Origin: Phoronis australis
Lineage: Eukaryota; Animalia; Phoronida
Assembly: GCA_002633005.1 (NCBI GenBank)
Contig: NMRA01000402.1
Location: forward strand, 369,284 to 413,202
Direction: 5' to 3'
Length of the DNA: 43,919 nucleotides
Shown: piece after piece, positions 1-11,121 of the stretch
Numbering within the stretch: the first letter of the stretch is position 1
Layout of the letters: each line of letters begins with the position of its first letter
Translations under genes and position numbers: made by a program
The notes under the pieces: generated by a model
What the model was told of the DNA's origin: nothing
The model's database searches: none
What the model saw: only the letters and a program-made list of their open reading frames with translations

Positions 1-1
1 C

Positions 2-1141
2 ATAACTGTCAAACCTCTACGTAAAGTAACGTTTCGTACAGATGTTGTCTTTTCTGCGATTAACAACGAAACAGTTGATTTCACTGAAGCATTATCCAAC
101 AGAAACAGCCAGGAGTTCAAAGACATGGAGACTGTCGTGTGCAACTCCGTAAAAGGTGCTGTGCTGGATACTTATTCAGAAGTAGTTAGCGATGTGGTGT
201 GTTCTGTTATCCGATTTTACAACGGAAGTGTTGGCGCTGAAACGAATGTCCAAGTTGTTGAAAACTTGGCGTCAGCTTTAGGATCTTCTCAATTGACAGG
301 ACCCACGTTTTCTGATCTCAATAATTTGCCACTAACGCAGTCGACACTAAAAGCCAACCTGGACAAAATATCGCAAGTGAAAAGTTTGTCTGTTGCCGAC
401 GTGGACGAGTGTGCTACATCCTCACCCTGCTCGTCGTTTGCAAAGTGCAAAAACACCAATGGTTCTTACACGTGTACGTGTTTACAAGGTTACACAGACA
501 AACTTATTACCGGCGTCCCTGGTGTCACTTGCGTTATACCATGTTCTCATTTCCCCTGTTACAACGGGGGATCATGCGTCGAAGATGTCAATGGTCACGG
601 CTCGTGCACATGCACAACACGTGCGCGAGGAACGAACTGTGAGATCAACGTTAGCTTTGCTTTGGAAGACTGGGTGATTATTGTCATTGCATGTTGTGGC
701 GCGTTTTTCATCTTATTTGTGCCAATTCTGACTATATATGTTTGCATTCAGTGGCGAAAGCGCCAACGTCGACGTAGAAAGGTCAGTACCGTGAAACGTA
801 GCTTTAATAACGCGAAGCGACCAGTGACTGCTTACCATGACCGCTCCCTTCGTCAGCAAAGTTCTGTAGGATACTATGACAACACTGCCTCGGGATATGT
901 TTATGACAATAATGGATACGTTTACGCAGACGAAAGTTTATCTCGTGAGCGCAGCAGGATGTCGTCTCGAAACTATGAAGTCATAAACAATTTGTCACGT
1001 GATAATACCAGGTTGGCGTCACAAAAGAGTGACCCTAGAATGGGATCAAGAAAGCCTCGTAGTAATAATAGACTATCTCGTGATGATAGGAAAAGATCGC
1101 GTCAGCATGAAAGGAACAATGGTTATCATTACGTTATCTAG
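2..1141 (+). CDS. SEA-domain / Ca-binding EGF / EGF single-pass membrane protein (mucin-like), 5'-partial terminal coding exon
   Basis: The frame of ORF 125-1141 stays open back to base 2 (ITVKPLRKVTFRTDVVFSAINNETVDFTEALSNRNSQEFKDME). It contains SEA hallmarks FTEALSNRNSQEF and RFYNGSV, a cbEGF (DVDEC...CKNTNGSYTCTC), a second EGF (PCSHFPCYNGGSC...CTC...GTNCE), a hydrophobic TM (WVIIVIACCGAFFILFVPILTIYVCI), a basic stop-transfer (RKRQRRRRK) and a Tyr-rich tail. Stop TAG at 1139-1141. Confidence 0.9.
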   Translation: MTVKPLRKVTFRTDVVFSAINNETVDFTEALSNRNSQEFKDMETVVCNSVKGAVLDTYSEVVSDVVCSVIRFYNGSVGAETNVQVVENLASALGSSQLTGPTFSDLNNLPLTQSTLKANLDKISQVKSLSVADVDECATSSPCSSFAKCKNTNGSYTCTCLQGYTDKLITGVPGVTCVIPCSHFPCYNGGSCVEDVNGHGSCTCTTRARGTNCEINVSFALEDWVIIVIACCGAFFILFVPILTIYVCIQWRKRQRRRRKVSTVKRSFNNAKRPVTAYHDRSLRQQSSVGYYDNTASGYVYDNNGYVYADESLSRERSRMSSRNYEVINNLSRDNTRLASQKSDPRMGSRKPRSNNRLSRDDRKRSRQHERNNGYHYVI

Positions 1142-1531
1142 TGAATTGGAAATATAGTACTGTATATCCTCGAATGTAATCAGCCAGTACCCGTCAATCT
1201 TATTTTCGCTACTACACGAGATACTTACTCTTGGCACTGGTGCACATCCTTACCGCACACCCAGAAAACTCTTTAACGCGCAGAAAGTCTTCGCCCAGGA
1301 ATTTCGAATTCAATCACTGCAAGGCCCTCTTACCACTTACCACAAACAGTTTTTAGTGCAAGCTATCATGAAATGAGCACCTAGATAATAGATCATGTAC
1401 CTCGGTGTACTGGTTTTGTGGTAATTTTTCTGCAAAGCAGGTCTACATTATTTCTGTGGAGCTTGGTAAGAGTGGTTTCCGGTGGTGAGGGTTGGTTTCT
1501 CTCCTTCTGCCAGTGTTTCAGAATACTTACC

Positions 1532-2070
1532 CACTGAGGTAGCACTATTGATTTCGCTTCTGGCTACGTGCTTGGCCTGGGGATAAGATTGATAGGTTCA
1601 TGCTAACGAGCCCAGTTATAAGAGGTTCAATGTCACTGTCTGACAAGCAACCCGCAGCTGACCAGGCCTATTGATGTAACGTCTTTGCATTTTTCATGCT
1701 CATGTCTATGGCAGAATATTTGTAGAAGGCAAGGCTTGTAATTTTCCTCTTTTAAGAGGATTTCCTCTTTTTTGGTTTAGATTTCTTCTAATCTAATTTC
1801 CAGTTCCGTCTTTTTTGTCTCTTTCTTTATCATTGTTTTGACTTAATTTACACACAAACTTATTTCAATTAAATTTTACAACTACATCAAAAATATTTCA
1901 ATCACACAAACCTATTTATTTGTGGAATGGTACATCACCTGGAAAATTTTCCTCTTTTTTCGTCATTGGTCATTCCAAGCCCTGAGAAGGATACGTGTAG
2001 AGGATTCATAGCAAAATCAATAGTGCTACCTCAGTGATATCCCAGTGTCACGCGATAGATTTTAAGGCGA
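1532..2070. repeat. Old interspersed repeat fragments in inverted orientation; related copy at about 33890-33990
   Basis: CACTGAGGTAGCACTATTGATTT (1532-1554) is the reverse complement of 2014-2036. Segments 1711-1729 and 2003-2068 resemble 33891-33990. Confidence 0.6.
1730..1984. mobile_element. 255-bp MITE with CA(A/G)GGCTTG termini and a 6-bp TSD
   Basis: Left end CAAGGCTTGTAAT and right end ATTCCAAGCCCTG match 11/13 as inverted repeats. AGAAGG flanks both sides (1724-1729, 1985-1990). Confidence 0.7.
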
Positions 2071-2215
2071 TATTAATAAAACTGAACACACTTTTATTAA
2101 TAGTGCCAAATAATGAAATAAATATTTAATAAAAGAAATATAATCCCGATTTTGTCTTGTATATTTTCTAGATGCACACTATTACATGTGATGGTCAACC
2201 TACGACCAGTTGCAT

Positions 2216-2515
2216 ACAGAACCTTGAGTATTCGCTAAAGAATAGCCTTTTTTCCTTGATCATTTGAAAATTGACGATGCATTTCCTTTTGAAGGTTCTG
2301 CGGTATTTGGTGATGAGTGACCTTGTGTAACGCTGTTGAACACTCCCGAGGCGTCCCAAGGCGTTCTTTGACCATCGCTATTCGTACAACCATTCAACTA
2401 ACCTAAAACATCGTCGTGCATATGTACATGTACATGTACAGCCAAAACGTATGCTCAATGAAAGCAATGGAATAATGTAAAGACTGACAGGATATGCTTA
2501 TTTTGTAATGCTCTA
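2216..2515 (+). repeat. Dispersed ~300-bp repeat, copy 1
   Basis: Co-linear diverged similarity to 35800-36125 (ACAGAACCTTGAGTATT...CATTTGAAAATTGA...GCCAAAACGTATGCTCAATGAAAGCAATGGAATAAT). Confidence 0.8.
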
Positions 2516-3710
2516 CACATGCAATCCAGTCTAATACATCATCGCCCTCATACAATGTACAGATGTACGTGTTCACCGTCGATGTATATGCCGGTACAGA
2601 GCATCCAGCAAACTATGATTAAGAAGCGCATTGCCGACACAGTCATCCGTAGACTAGAAAAAAAGAAAATCTTCAACCGCAACAGTTTTGTTGTTGTTGT
2701 CCATCTATATCCTATCTTTAATGGATAGGGTGGGTTGTCCATTTCCGCAGTGGGCGGGGTTCATGCAACCGAACTTCAAAATTATGCACCGTTGAAAATT
2801 GGGACTAGTGGACCAGCAACCTATCACCTACTGATATTAAACGTGAGTGTACTTTTCGTTTTAGCTCCAAATTTTCAAGAAATTATTTAAGGGAACAATC
2901 TGTACACGTAGGTTGTGGGAGGTTCTTCATTATTAGGTCTGTATCGTGTCGTGACCGTTTATGATGCTGTTTGCAAAAAGAATAACCGCAACGTGACTGA
3001 TAATTCAAACACGATATAAAGGTTACTAAACATATTAAAAGATAATCTACGATGTAACGTTACCAATTGAAAAGGTAAAGGGAAAATGTAAATCCTAGAA
3101 CATGGTATTTTCAATTTTCCTGTAAATGTATGAAGTTGTCGAAAAACAGAAGTTGCAACTAGAGTTTTAAATTTTCACTTCTGAATGCCGAGGGTTAATG
3201 CTATGAAAATAAAATCCCAGGAGTGAGAGCTCTTCGTGGTGTAACAACTCACTCACTATCCCATCATCATGGGTGCGTGATAGGAGACCGATGAATAATC
3301 TAAAAAAACGCAAAAAGATGCAGTTTGGCGTTACACAAACAATCAATTGTGTTCGAATGCTGTCAAAAATAGCTGCGTTTACAAAATGACTAAGCGTTGT
3401 GTTGACCGGGAAACAAGCAATCTAATGCAACTTGTTAACGTCACGAGTCAAATTAAAGATCAAATAAAAAAAAATTGCACGTTTTTTATTCAAAACTTGT
3501 TGTATTGTCCATAATCCAATATTTACTTTTACCACTTGCCTTCAACCTTCGACTTAGTGGTGTTACACAACCGATGTGAACTCATTTAACGGAGACAGTA
3601 AAACTAAGTTAATTTATTTGACCATGTGCTAAGAGGAATTTACATCGACACGCAATGTGGTATGAGCCTGACAACCTATTACGCAACTGCTACTCTAGCC
3701 TAAAATAGAA

Positions 3711-3865
3711 GCCGACCAGCTGGTCGGCGGATGGCCGGTCACGGTCGTCTAAAGGGTTGGATGAAGGGTCGGCTGGGGAGTCGCCTTATGAGCCAGCACT
3801 GCGGCCAACCGTTCAGCTAATTTGCCGACCGTTCGACCGCCGGTCGTCGACCAATTTCCGACCCT
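3711..3865. repeat. GC-rich palindromic MITE-like remnant
   Basis: Perfect 18-bp palindrome GCCGACCAGCTGGTCGGC (3711-3728) and multiple CGACC/GGTCG motifs in an AT-rich context. Confidence 0.45.
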
Positions 3866-3899
3866 TGGACAAAAATTCGTGATGAGTGCTGTAGATGTA

Positions 3900-4325
3900 A
3901 GCCAGGCGATTTTAGAACGTGTACAGATATGCTTAAATTTAAGCAGGATTTATGTTACACTTGTGCTTAACATCAGAACAATGTAAAATATGGCGATATC
4001 AGAGCTTGTAAAGATATGCTTAAATTTAATCGGGATTTAGGTTACACTTGTGCTTAATTTTAGGCCAGAATACGAGATGACGATTTCAGAACTTGTACAG
4101 ATGTTCTTAAATTTAAGCGGGATGTAGATTACTTACACTTGTGCTTAATTTATAGGCCAGAGGTGAAGATGGTGATTTCAGAACTTGTACAGATATTCAA
4201 TTTAAGCGGATTTAGGTTATTTACACTTGTGCTTAATTTTAGGCCAGAGTAGGAAATGGCAATTTTAAGGCTTGTACAGATATACTTAAATTTAAGCGGC
4301 GTTTATGTTACTTACATTTGTGCAT
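3900..4325. repeat. Minisatellite, about 5 diverged copies of an ~88-bp unit
   Basis: Recurring GTACAGATATGCTTAAATTTAAGCGGGATTTAGGTTACACTTGTGCTTAA near 3921, 4007, 4095, 4187 and 4274. Confidence 0.85.
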
Positions 4326-4450
4326 TTAGTGTTATTTTACTGAAATTGTTAAAATATACCTTGCTACATGCAGTTATTTCATTGCTTATCAATCTGTGCC
4401 TACAAAATTGTGACTTTGGACCAAAAGTTTAAATTTTGAGGAGAACCGGT

Positions 4451-5353
4451 TTATTCTGCTTTGTAGAAAAATCCAGTGCCTTCCAATTCCTTGTCAACCC
4501 ACTCGCCAATCGTGCTAGCCATTTGTACAGGCAGACCTTTTTTCCAGTCACCCACGACACCCTTCCGGAAGAACGAGCACCTTTCTTTATCCATCAAGAC
4601 TGTTTGCAGAAGTTGAGTACTCGGGCACTTTTTCATGTTTTCCATGGAGCTCAACGCCGCAATGGACTCCACCTGCTTTGGCGTAACCTCTTTCCCGATG
4701 AAACCAGCGATTCTACCGATTTCTTTCCCTAGGTCTCTCTTCATGTCTTCGTAGTGTACGACCAACATAGGCATATCCTCTCTGTGCCCCCACCAAGACT
4801 TGTACATGCTTGGATATGTACCACAACCGTAGGGGAGGTCACCCTTCATCATGCACTGTACGAAATCCTCTAAGGTACCTGTAAACGACTCAAACATCTT
4901 CATTGATGTGAAAAACGGGTACATACTATTAACGACATCTTTCGGGTTTCTCACCAGTAAGATGACTTTGACCTTGCCTTCTTGCACTGCGCGTGGCGCA
5001 CATTGCCAATGCAAGTGTGTGTTAAACAATCTGGGGCTTGCCTTATTCTTCCATCTCTCCACTATCATGCTATTCGACTGGTGTGACCTTCCAGTAATAA
5101 CGTTGTTATTGAGCTCCAGAAATTCAACGTGGTCGCCCAAGTATTTCTTTTCTAGTGTTTCTTTATGGCCGTCTAGAACCAGGAGTGTAAGGATGTACTT
5201 CATCCAGTGTGTTCCTGTTTTCACGTGACTGACTAAGAGAACATCCGTTTCACGCATTTCCAACTTTGGAATCATTTCAGTTAGTCTTTCATAATCGTAG
5301 ACTGTTTTCTTAAATTTGATCCCTTTGTAAACAAAGTACTTGTCCTGTGGTGC
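4451..5353 (-). CDS. Cytosolic (PAPS-dependent) sulfotransferase, main coding exon; start codon probably in an upstream exon
   Basis: 5'-PSB loop SHVKTGTHW, catalytic-His motif PRLFNTHL, 3'-PB motif RNPKDVVNS, HYEDMK and FFRKGVVGDWK. The frame extends 26 codons above the ORF-track Met (APQDKYFVYKGIKF...) to a polypyrimidine/AG acceptor (ttcttttttcatttag) with its AG at 5355-5354. Confidence 0.93.
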   Translation of the reverse strand, partial: APQDKYFVYKGIKFKKTVYDYERLTEMIPKLEMRETDVLLVSHVKTGTHWMKYILTLLVLDGHKETLEKKYLGDHVEFLELNNNVITGRSHQSNSMIVERWKNKASPRLFNTHLHWQCAPRAVQEGKVKVILLVRNPKDVVNSMYPFFTSMKMFESFTGTLEDFVQCMMKGDLPYGCGTYPSMYKSWWGHREDMPMLVVHYEDMKRDLGKEIGRIAGFIGKEVTPKQVESIAALSSMENMKKCPSTQLLQTVLMDKERCSFFRKGVVGDWKKGLPVQMASTIGEWVDKELEGTGFFYKAE

Positions 5354-6269
5354 CTAAATGAAAAAAGAACAGGTAAATCAGAGTTGTACGCCTCTAAGCA
5401 CAAGTAGAGTATAGCGAAAAATGTGTTGTCAATTCCAGAATTTCCTCACTAGGTAAAGATTCCCAAGTGAGTTCGCACCCGAAATGTTTTCGCACGTGTC
5501 AAACGCAGGTCATAAATTAAACATTTGTATCAGTATTAGCCGTGCCAGATCAAGTACAGTACACATCACGAATTTTTGTCCGCACTATTAAATTCCTTGA
5601 CAATGAAAACATGGGTAAAACGTCAACATTATCTGGCTGCAGTGCTTGGAAAGGACATTATATGCAAAAATAGAATTTTACATAATGGTGACCTTTATTT
5701 GCATATTTTAAAAAATGCTCAAGGGTTGCGAACGGTCACCCCCTATATCATGATTAACTATGCCTAGGAGACATGAAACAGACAAGAAAAAAAATATCCG
5801 CCAAATCGATAATAAGTAAAAAAGCAGCATTTGGCTTCCGGACTATACCTATGTAAAAAGCATGGAAAGCACATAAGGACACATCTATGAATTCGATCGG
5901 GCACATTTAAGAGAATTTCATTCATACAATTCGAGGAATGCGATAATTTTTAACCAAATACGATGTCTTTGTTGTGCTTCCAAAGGGAAGTGTGTTTACT
6001 GAATGCCGGATACACAAATAGTTCATTACCTGTGATTGTCAGCAAAAGATTGCAAGAACGGTTGTTTCCTTATCCTGGAAACTCTTTTCATGTGGAGCTG
6101 CAACTGTACTCTATACATTTTGACCGTACTTTAAAACTAGTTATGGAATTCAAAGCACATAACGACACGTCTATAAATTCGACTTGGCACATTTGATAGA
6201 ATCCGAGAAACAAGGTGTTTTAAAAGCGTGTGAACGGTTTTCCTCCGTGTGACAAATATCAACTCATGA

Positions 6270-6460
6270 ATTATGACGTCGCTTTCGTAAAATGTAACAA
6301 TGGTACATTTCTCGCACGTGCATTTGACGTAAATTGTAACTATTACATAAGGTGTAACAACTCACTACATTTTAGAAGAGGCCTAGCAACGTAAGATGAA
6401 ACAATGACGTAAAATGTAACAGTTTTAACTAAGAAATTGTTACATTTTACGGCGCATCGC
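6270..6460. repeat. Degenerate MITE-like element with repeated CGTAAAATGTAAC motifs
   Basis: Direct copies near 6286, 6329 and 6408, and an inverted copy TGTTACATTTTACG near 6438. Confidence 0.45.
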
Positions 6461-8340
6461 TGCTTATTTTGAACGATTGCTCAAGTTTGTCGGGAGGATC
6501 TAGATTATTGAATACAAAAGGATATCCCTCTACTAGTACCCTAAATGGAATACCCCCGGAATCGAGCACAATGTACCCAAGTTAAATTTCACCAGTCAAC
6601 ATGTTAACTATTGTTACGCACAGTAAAATTTGCATAACTCCGATTTAATTGAACCAACATATTCAACGCAAGTAAGGGAAATCTGGGAGGTCTGACTGAG
6701 GGGCTGAATACATGATTTTGAATTTTTACGAGGCTGTGGAATACTAGAATGTCGCAGTATTTTGCGATATTCAGACTTAAATTTTTCAGATTGAATTTTA
6801 GTTCTACAGGCTTTATTAAATCTGTCAGTGCCATGATGAAAGTGATAGTTAATATGAGTCCTACTTGACCCAGGTGCGAGTCGAGTTGAATAGGGAATGA
6901 TCTCCCCATTTCAGGAGGTGTACGTTTCTTTTCTCTCAAGAAACATGCTTGGGACCTCAATCAAATAGCTTTGCACATGTCGGCCAGTAAAGTGATTGGT
7001 CGAATCACAGGAGAAAGTAATTCTTATTTTTACTGTACAGGAGATAATAATTACACTGTATGTATGAAGTTAGGTAGATTTAAATTAAAAGAAAAGGAAT
7101 AACATTGTAGTTAAATGTCTGATTTTCTAATTTCCACCTCGTATAAACAGGTTGTACTTAGGGTTACTTTTAGTGAAACGCGTTCGCACCATGGAGTGTT
7201 TAGGATTTACTGTTACTACGATGGTCAACAAAATGAAACTTTGGCTTTAAAATTGATATTTTGAACTGTTGAAAACCATGATGGGTAATTCTAGGCAATA
7301 CTTCTACCTAAAGAGTGTGGGAAAATCTAACAGTACTTCCATGCAAAATCACATCTGTGACCATTGCCGATGAACTGCTACCTGTTGCGTTTTATTTTAG
7401 ACTCTTGTCTATGTGGATATTCTTGGATTTTGTATACTAAGTAATTTGTTATTCCTGGTGTCATTAATGTAACTTTAGTAAAAATGTCTGTGCTTATGAA
7501 ACATAGACTTTTGTTGTAGTACCGGTAATCACTTCTTTATTGGTTGTGTTTCATAATTTGGTTGTGATTTCTTTGTTTGTACAACCCATTTCGCTCTCTC
7601 AATTCTCACATACTTGTACTGTCGTTGACTGACAACTATGCACGTATTGATACATCATAGGCATGATGTAGTCTACACTGCGTTGTATTGATGACACTTG
7701 ATGAACTGATATCTGAAATGTTTCTGGTTTTTGAGGTTCTTGTATTTTACACATGCTCACTTATCATAATGAACTACTGTTATTTGAGGAAGTGAATGTT
7801 ATTTTCTACAATTAATCACTGTTAATGAAATGTTAATCTAGCTGTATTTTGTTAAATGAAGTATGAATAAGTTTTCGTGATGGAAAATGTATTTCAGACC
7901 AAAAACTTACGTTTTTCGATGACAATGTCAGTTCATTTTTGTAAGGGAATATATCACTGATCTTTGGACTGTACATGGACTATGAAAAACAGGAATGTGA
8001 TCCAAAAATTAAATGCAAACAACTCGATAACTGGCGTTCCCCTAAACACTTCAGGGTCCCTGAGTATAGACAATACAGCATACTCAAACGCTATAGCGTT
8101 GAGGAAGGTTCACCATTAGAACATAATCTTCATTCATATAAATATCAATTCATTTTCTTTCAAATTTGATGAAGTTGTGGAAGCTCTCATGTAGATTTAT
8201 TTTTTTTCTGTGAAACAAAACTTGGCGAGTTCTTTACCTCAGCACAATTTTCTATTCCTAACTATGTACTCCATAAAAGTTGTAGAACTAGACACCGTGG
8301 TGTCATTCTGTATTTTGTCAATAGATTGTGGCAAAGCGAA

Positions 8341-9339
8341 TGTTAACATTGTAAGTATATGCTGTGCCAGTGCTGTCAAGTGAGTCGGCTAGCAGCCAGA
8401 CGTATTATGTATACTCATCTCTTGTTTTGCCATCCAGCATCTTGGGATGGTGTCTTGCCTTTTTGACAACCATCTTGTCTAGCATCATTCGAGGGTTGTA
8501 TTTTTGGTAAAACAATCAAGGTCAATCTAGCTAAAATCAAGTATCATCTACACATGTATTGATGTGAGAGAAAAGCTCATCATCTACAGAATCAAGGCAA
8601 ATCATTATTTTGCTAAGTCATGCACTTATACCATGTTTATGTGCTTTTTAAGCTTGGGATCTCGTTACTCCTTTGGTTAAAGGCTCCAAATATGTTCTTA
8701 GTGTAAAATAGCACATTTAATTGACTAAAGAAGACATTCCCTATTTGCTGACTATATCTGAATTTCCCTATGTTCCCATGGCCTACAACTCTGGATATCA
8801 CAGTTTAGCATGCTTTGTTGCATTGCATTTTATTTAGTACTAAGGGGGCGTTGCCCACAAGCCATTTTATTCTGTAGTGGTGATGTACTTACATTCAGTA
8901 TTTATATCATTTAGGTTAAGACGATCCCTGAATATCTTCGTGCGTACAAGTCACCGGGGCTAAAGTTGCGAGTTTCTCATAATGTGTTTTAAAGGAGTCT
9001 ATTTCAGATAATGTTCTTTGACACGTACATGTAACTTCCTACATATCTGGTATTATACTATCGCGTATACACTGTAGCTTGCCATTATACATAGACTAGT
9101 ATAGTTCTATCTACATTGATATAGTTTGACCCATTATAGCTATTTGATACTTCAGTCAACTTAGTCTTACATTTCTTTAGTTTTGTGAATTTAATCTTAG
9201 TCTTAGTCGTAGTCTTAGTCTTACGCTGCTAGTTACTTTTCTCGTATTGTAGATTAACGGTTACTGCATCAGTGAATAATAAAGTTCTTTTAAGTCAAGC
9301 CCTCATCGTTTAATTGGAATACGCCGCGCGAAATTAACA
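8341..9339 (+). mobile_element. Solo LTR (999 bp) with 5-bp TSD
   Basis: Begins TGTTAA and ends TTAACA. GCGAA flanks it at 8336-8340 and 9340-9344, and AATAAA lies near 9278. Removing it rejoins the LINE endonuclease. Confidence 0.88.
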
Positions 9340-10094
9340 GCGAAGGCTTGAGCTAGAATGTGCACATGGAAATGTGGAGTATCTTCTTCTGGAACTTGTC
9401 ATTAAGAGAGATCAGTGGTTCTTATAAACTACCACAAGTGAAATATGTAAATCTGTTTACATTTCTTGATACTGTTTTGAGTAGAGTCCATCTAAAGAGT
9501 GATAGGATCTGTCTCATACTGGGCGACATGAATGTAAGCATGCTTTGTAATAATACACTTCATGACTTCATGAACGTCTGTGATCTAAAAAGTGTTGTAA
9601 AAGAGCCTACGTGTTTCAAACTAACAGACCTGGAAAACTAGTTCGAATCCTAAATGATAATTCGGGTGTAAGTGATTATCGTTATGTTGGTGGTATTGCC
9701 AAAGTCCAAATTTCGAAATATGAAACCAAGAACATTTTTTTACCGCCCCATGAAATCATTCTCTATAATCGACTACAATAGGGACCTTGAGGTAGCATCC
9801 TTTCAATTAGCTAACATTTATAACATTTTTGATGATGCTGATAATGTTTTATGGGTTGAATAATGAGCTCCTTAGTGGGGTAATTCGCTTCCATGTTCCA
9901 ATAAGGACTAAGGTCCTAAGGAAACCCCGTCCCTTATGTGAAAGGTGAAATTAGACGGGCCATCAATATTAAGGGAATGTTCAGACGCCGCTACTAAATA
10001 CATGTACCTATGGTTGCACATTGAATACATGTAACCTCATAATGTCTTATCTCAGTCATAAAAAGATGAGAGTGAAAATTGTCTCGACTGGTCA

Positions 10095-10794
10095 AATATT
10101 CTATTTATACCACATACTAAACGAGAAACATTGCAATGAATCGATTTACCTTTTCTGACTCTCCACGGCTTTGTAACTACTTTCTGTGTCAGAGGCCCGG
10201 GGTCGGAGACCGTGACCTTTTAAGAAAAGCCGGGCTATTTTTGTCAAATAATGCTTTTACTCAAAACCAATTGAAAACTTAAATATAATAGAAATAAATT
10301 GAATTTATAAGTTAAGGTTTACCAACTATTATAGCTTAAAACACGTTTTTTTTTCACGCTAAGCTTCGACCGGGAAATTATCGTCTGCTAAAGTAGGTTA
10401 TCACTGGTAACTGAATTCTCAAGTCAAAGATTCTGACGACACGATACCCGCATTCAAACTGGAGATCGGTGATTTACAAGTAAAAGGGCATGAGAGAAAA
10501 AATTCACTGAGTTAAGATATCATTTTTATGGAAATTATTATTATTTTTCGTAGCGTATAAGTACAGTAAAATGCTGTTTGTTGAACATGGGATTATATTG
10601 CGCCTATTCTATTTTCACTCTCGATGACGTCAGTTGCTGCATGGTGTAGTGGTAAAGTCGGCGACCAGCAATTCCAGGGTCCCGGGTTCGACTCCGTCCT
10701 CGGTTTCCCGCCAAATCGTTATCTCACTAGTGAGATAACTTTATGGGTTATTACATGGTTGTATCTGCCATTTGACGCTAATATTGTGGTATAA
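10095..10794 (+). mobile_element. Non-autonomous DNA element (Crypton-like architecture), copy 1; left boundary approximate
   Basis: Co-linear with about 31770-32461. Inverted TTATACCAC (10105-10113) / GTGGTATAA (10786-10794) and a 22-bp palindrome at 10718-10739. The family assignment is inference. Confidence 0.7.
10633..10705 (+). promoter_or_regulatory. tRNA-derived Pol III A/B-box module (pseudo-tRNA) inside a repeat
   Basis: A box TGGTGTAGTGG (10642-10652) and B box GGTTCGACTCC (10685-10695) with tRNA-like spacing. Acceptor and anticodon stems do not pair well. Confidence 0.65.
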
Positions 10795-11121
10795 TGACAG
10801 ATATGTCAAGTCTGGCGATACTAAGATTGTTTGTGAAGAGCCTGTTGTTAAAAATGCTCGGTGTCCGACTTGACAGCCATTTAAAATTTCATGACCACGT
10901 TGACGTTATCTGCTACAAGCTTCTCGACAAATGAATGGCTTGTTCCGTCTTCGTAATGATTTATGTACCAAAGGTAAGCTTACGTTATATTACGCATTTA
11001 TCAGGTCTTATGTTAGTCACTGCCCCCTCGTTTGGCACCTGTGTGGAATGCATAAAAGTAAGAAAAATGGAAAAGATACAACTCCGTGCTTTAAAATATG
11101 TGTTCAATGAGAGTGAGTGAG

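Noticed and set aside
1285-1345. Minus-strand tRNA/SINE head
   Set aside because: An A-box-like sequence is present but the B box and body are too degenerate to call.
3900-4325. CRISPR-like array
   Set aside because: Whole units are homologous with no unique spacers, there are no cas genes, and the context is eukaryotic.
4436-5228. Plus-strand ORFs of 98 and 125 aa
   Set aside because: Antisense shadows of the sulfotransferase exon.
10633-10705. Functional tRNA gene
   Set aside because: Acceptor and anticodon stems do not pair, it is embedded in a repeat, and the other copy has lost its B box.
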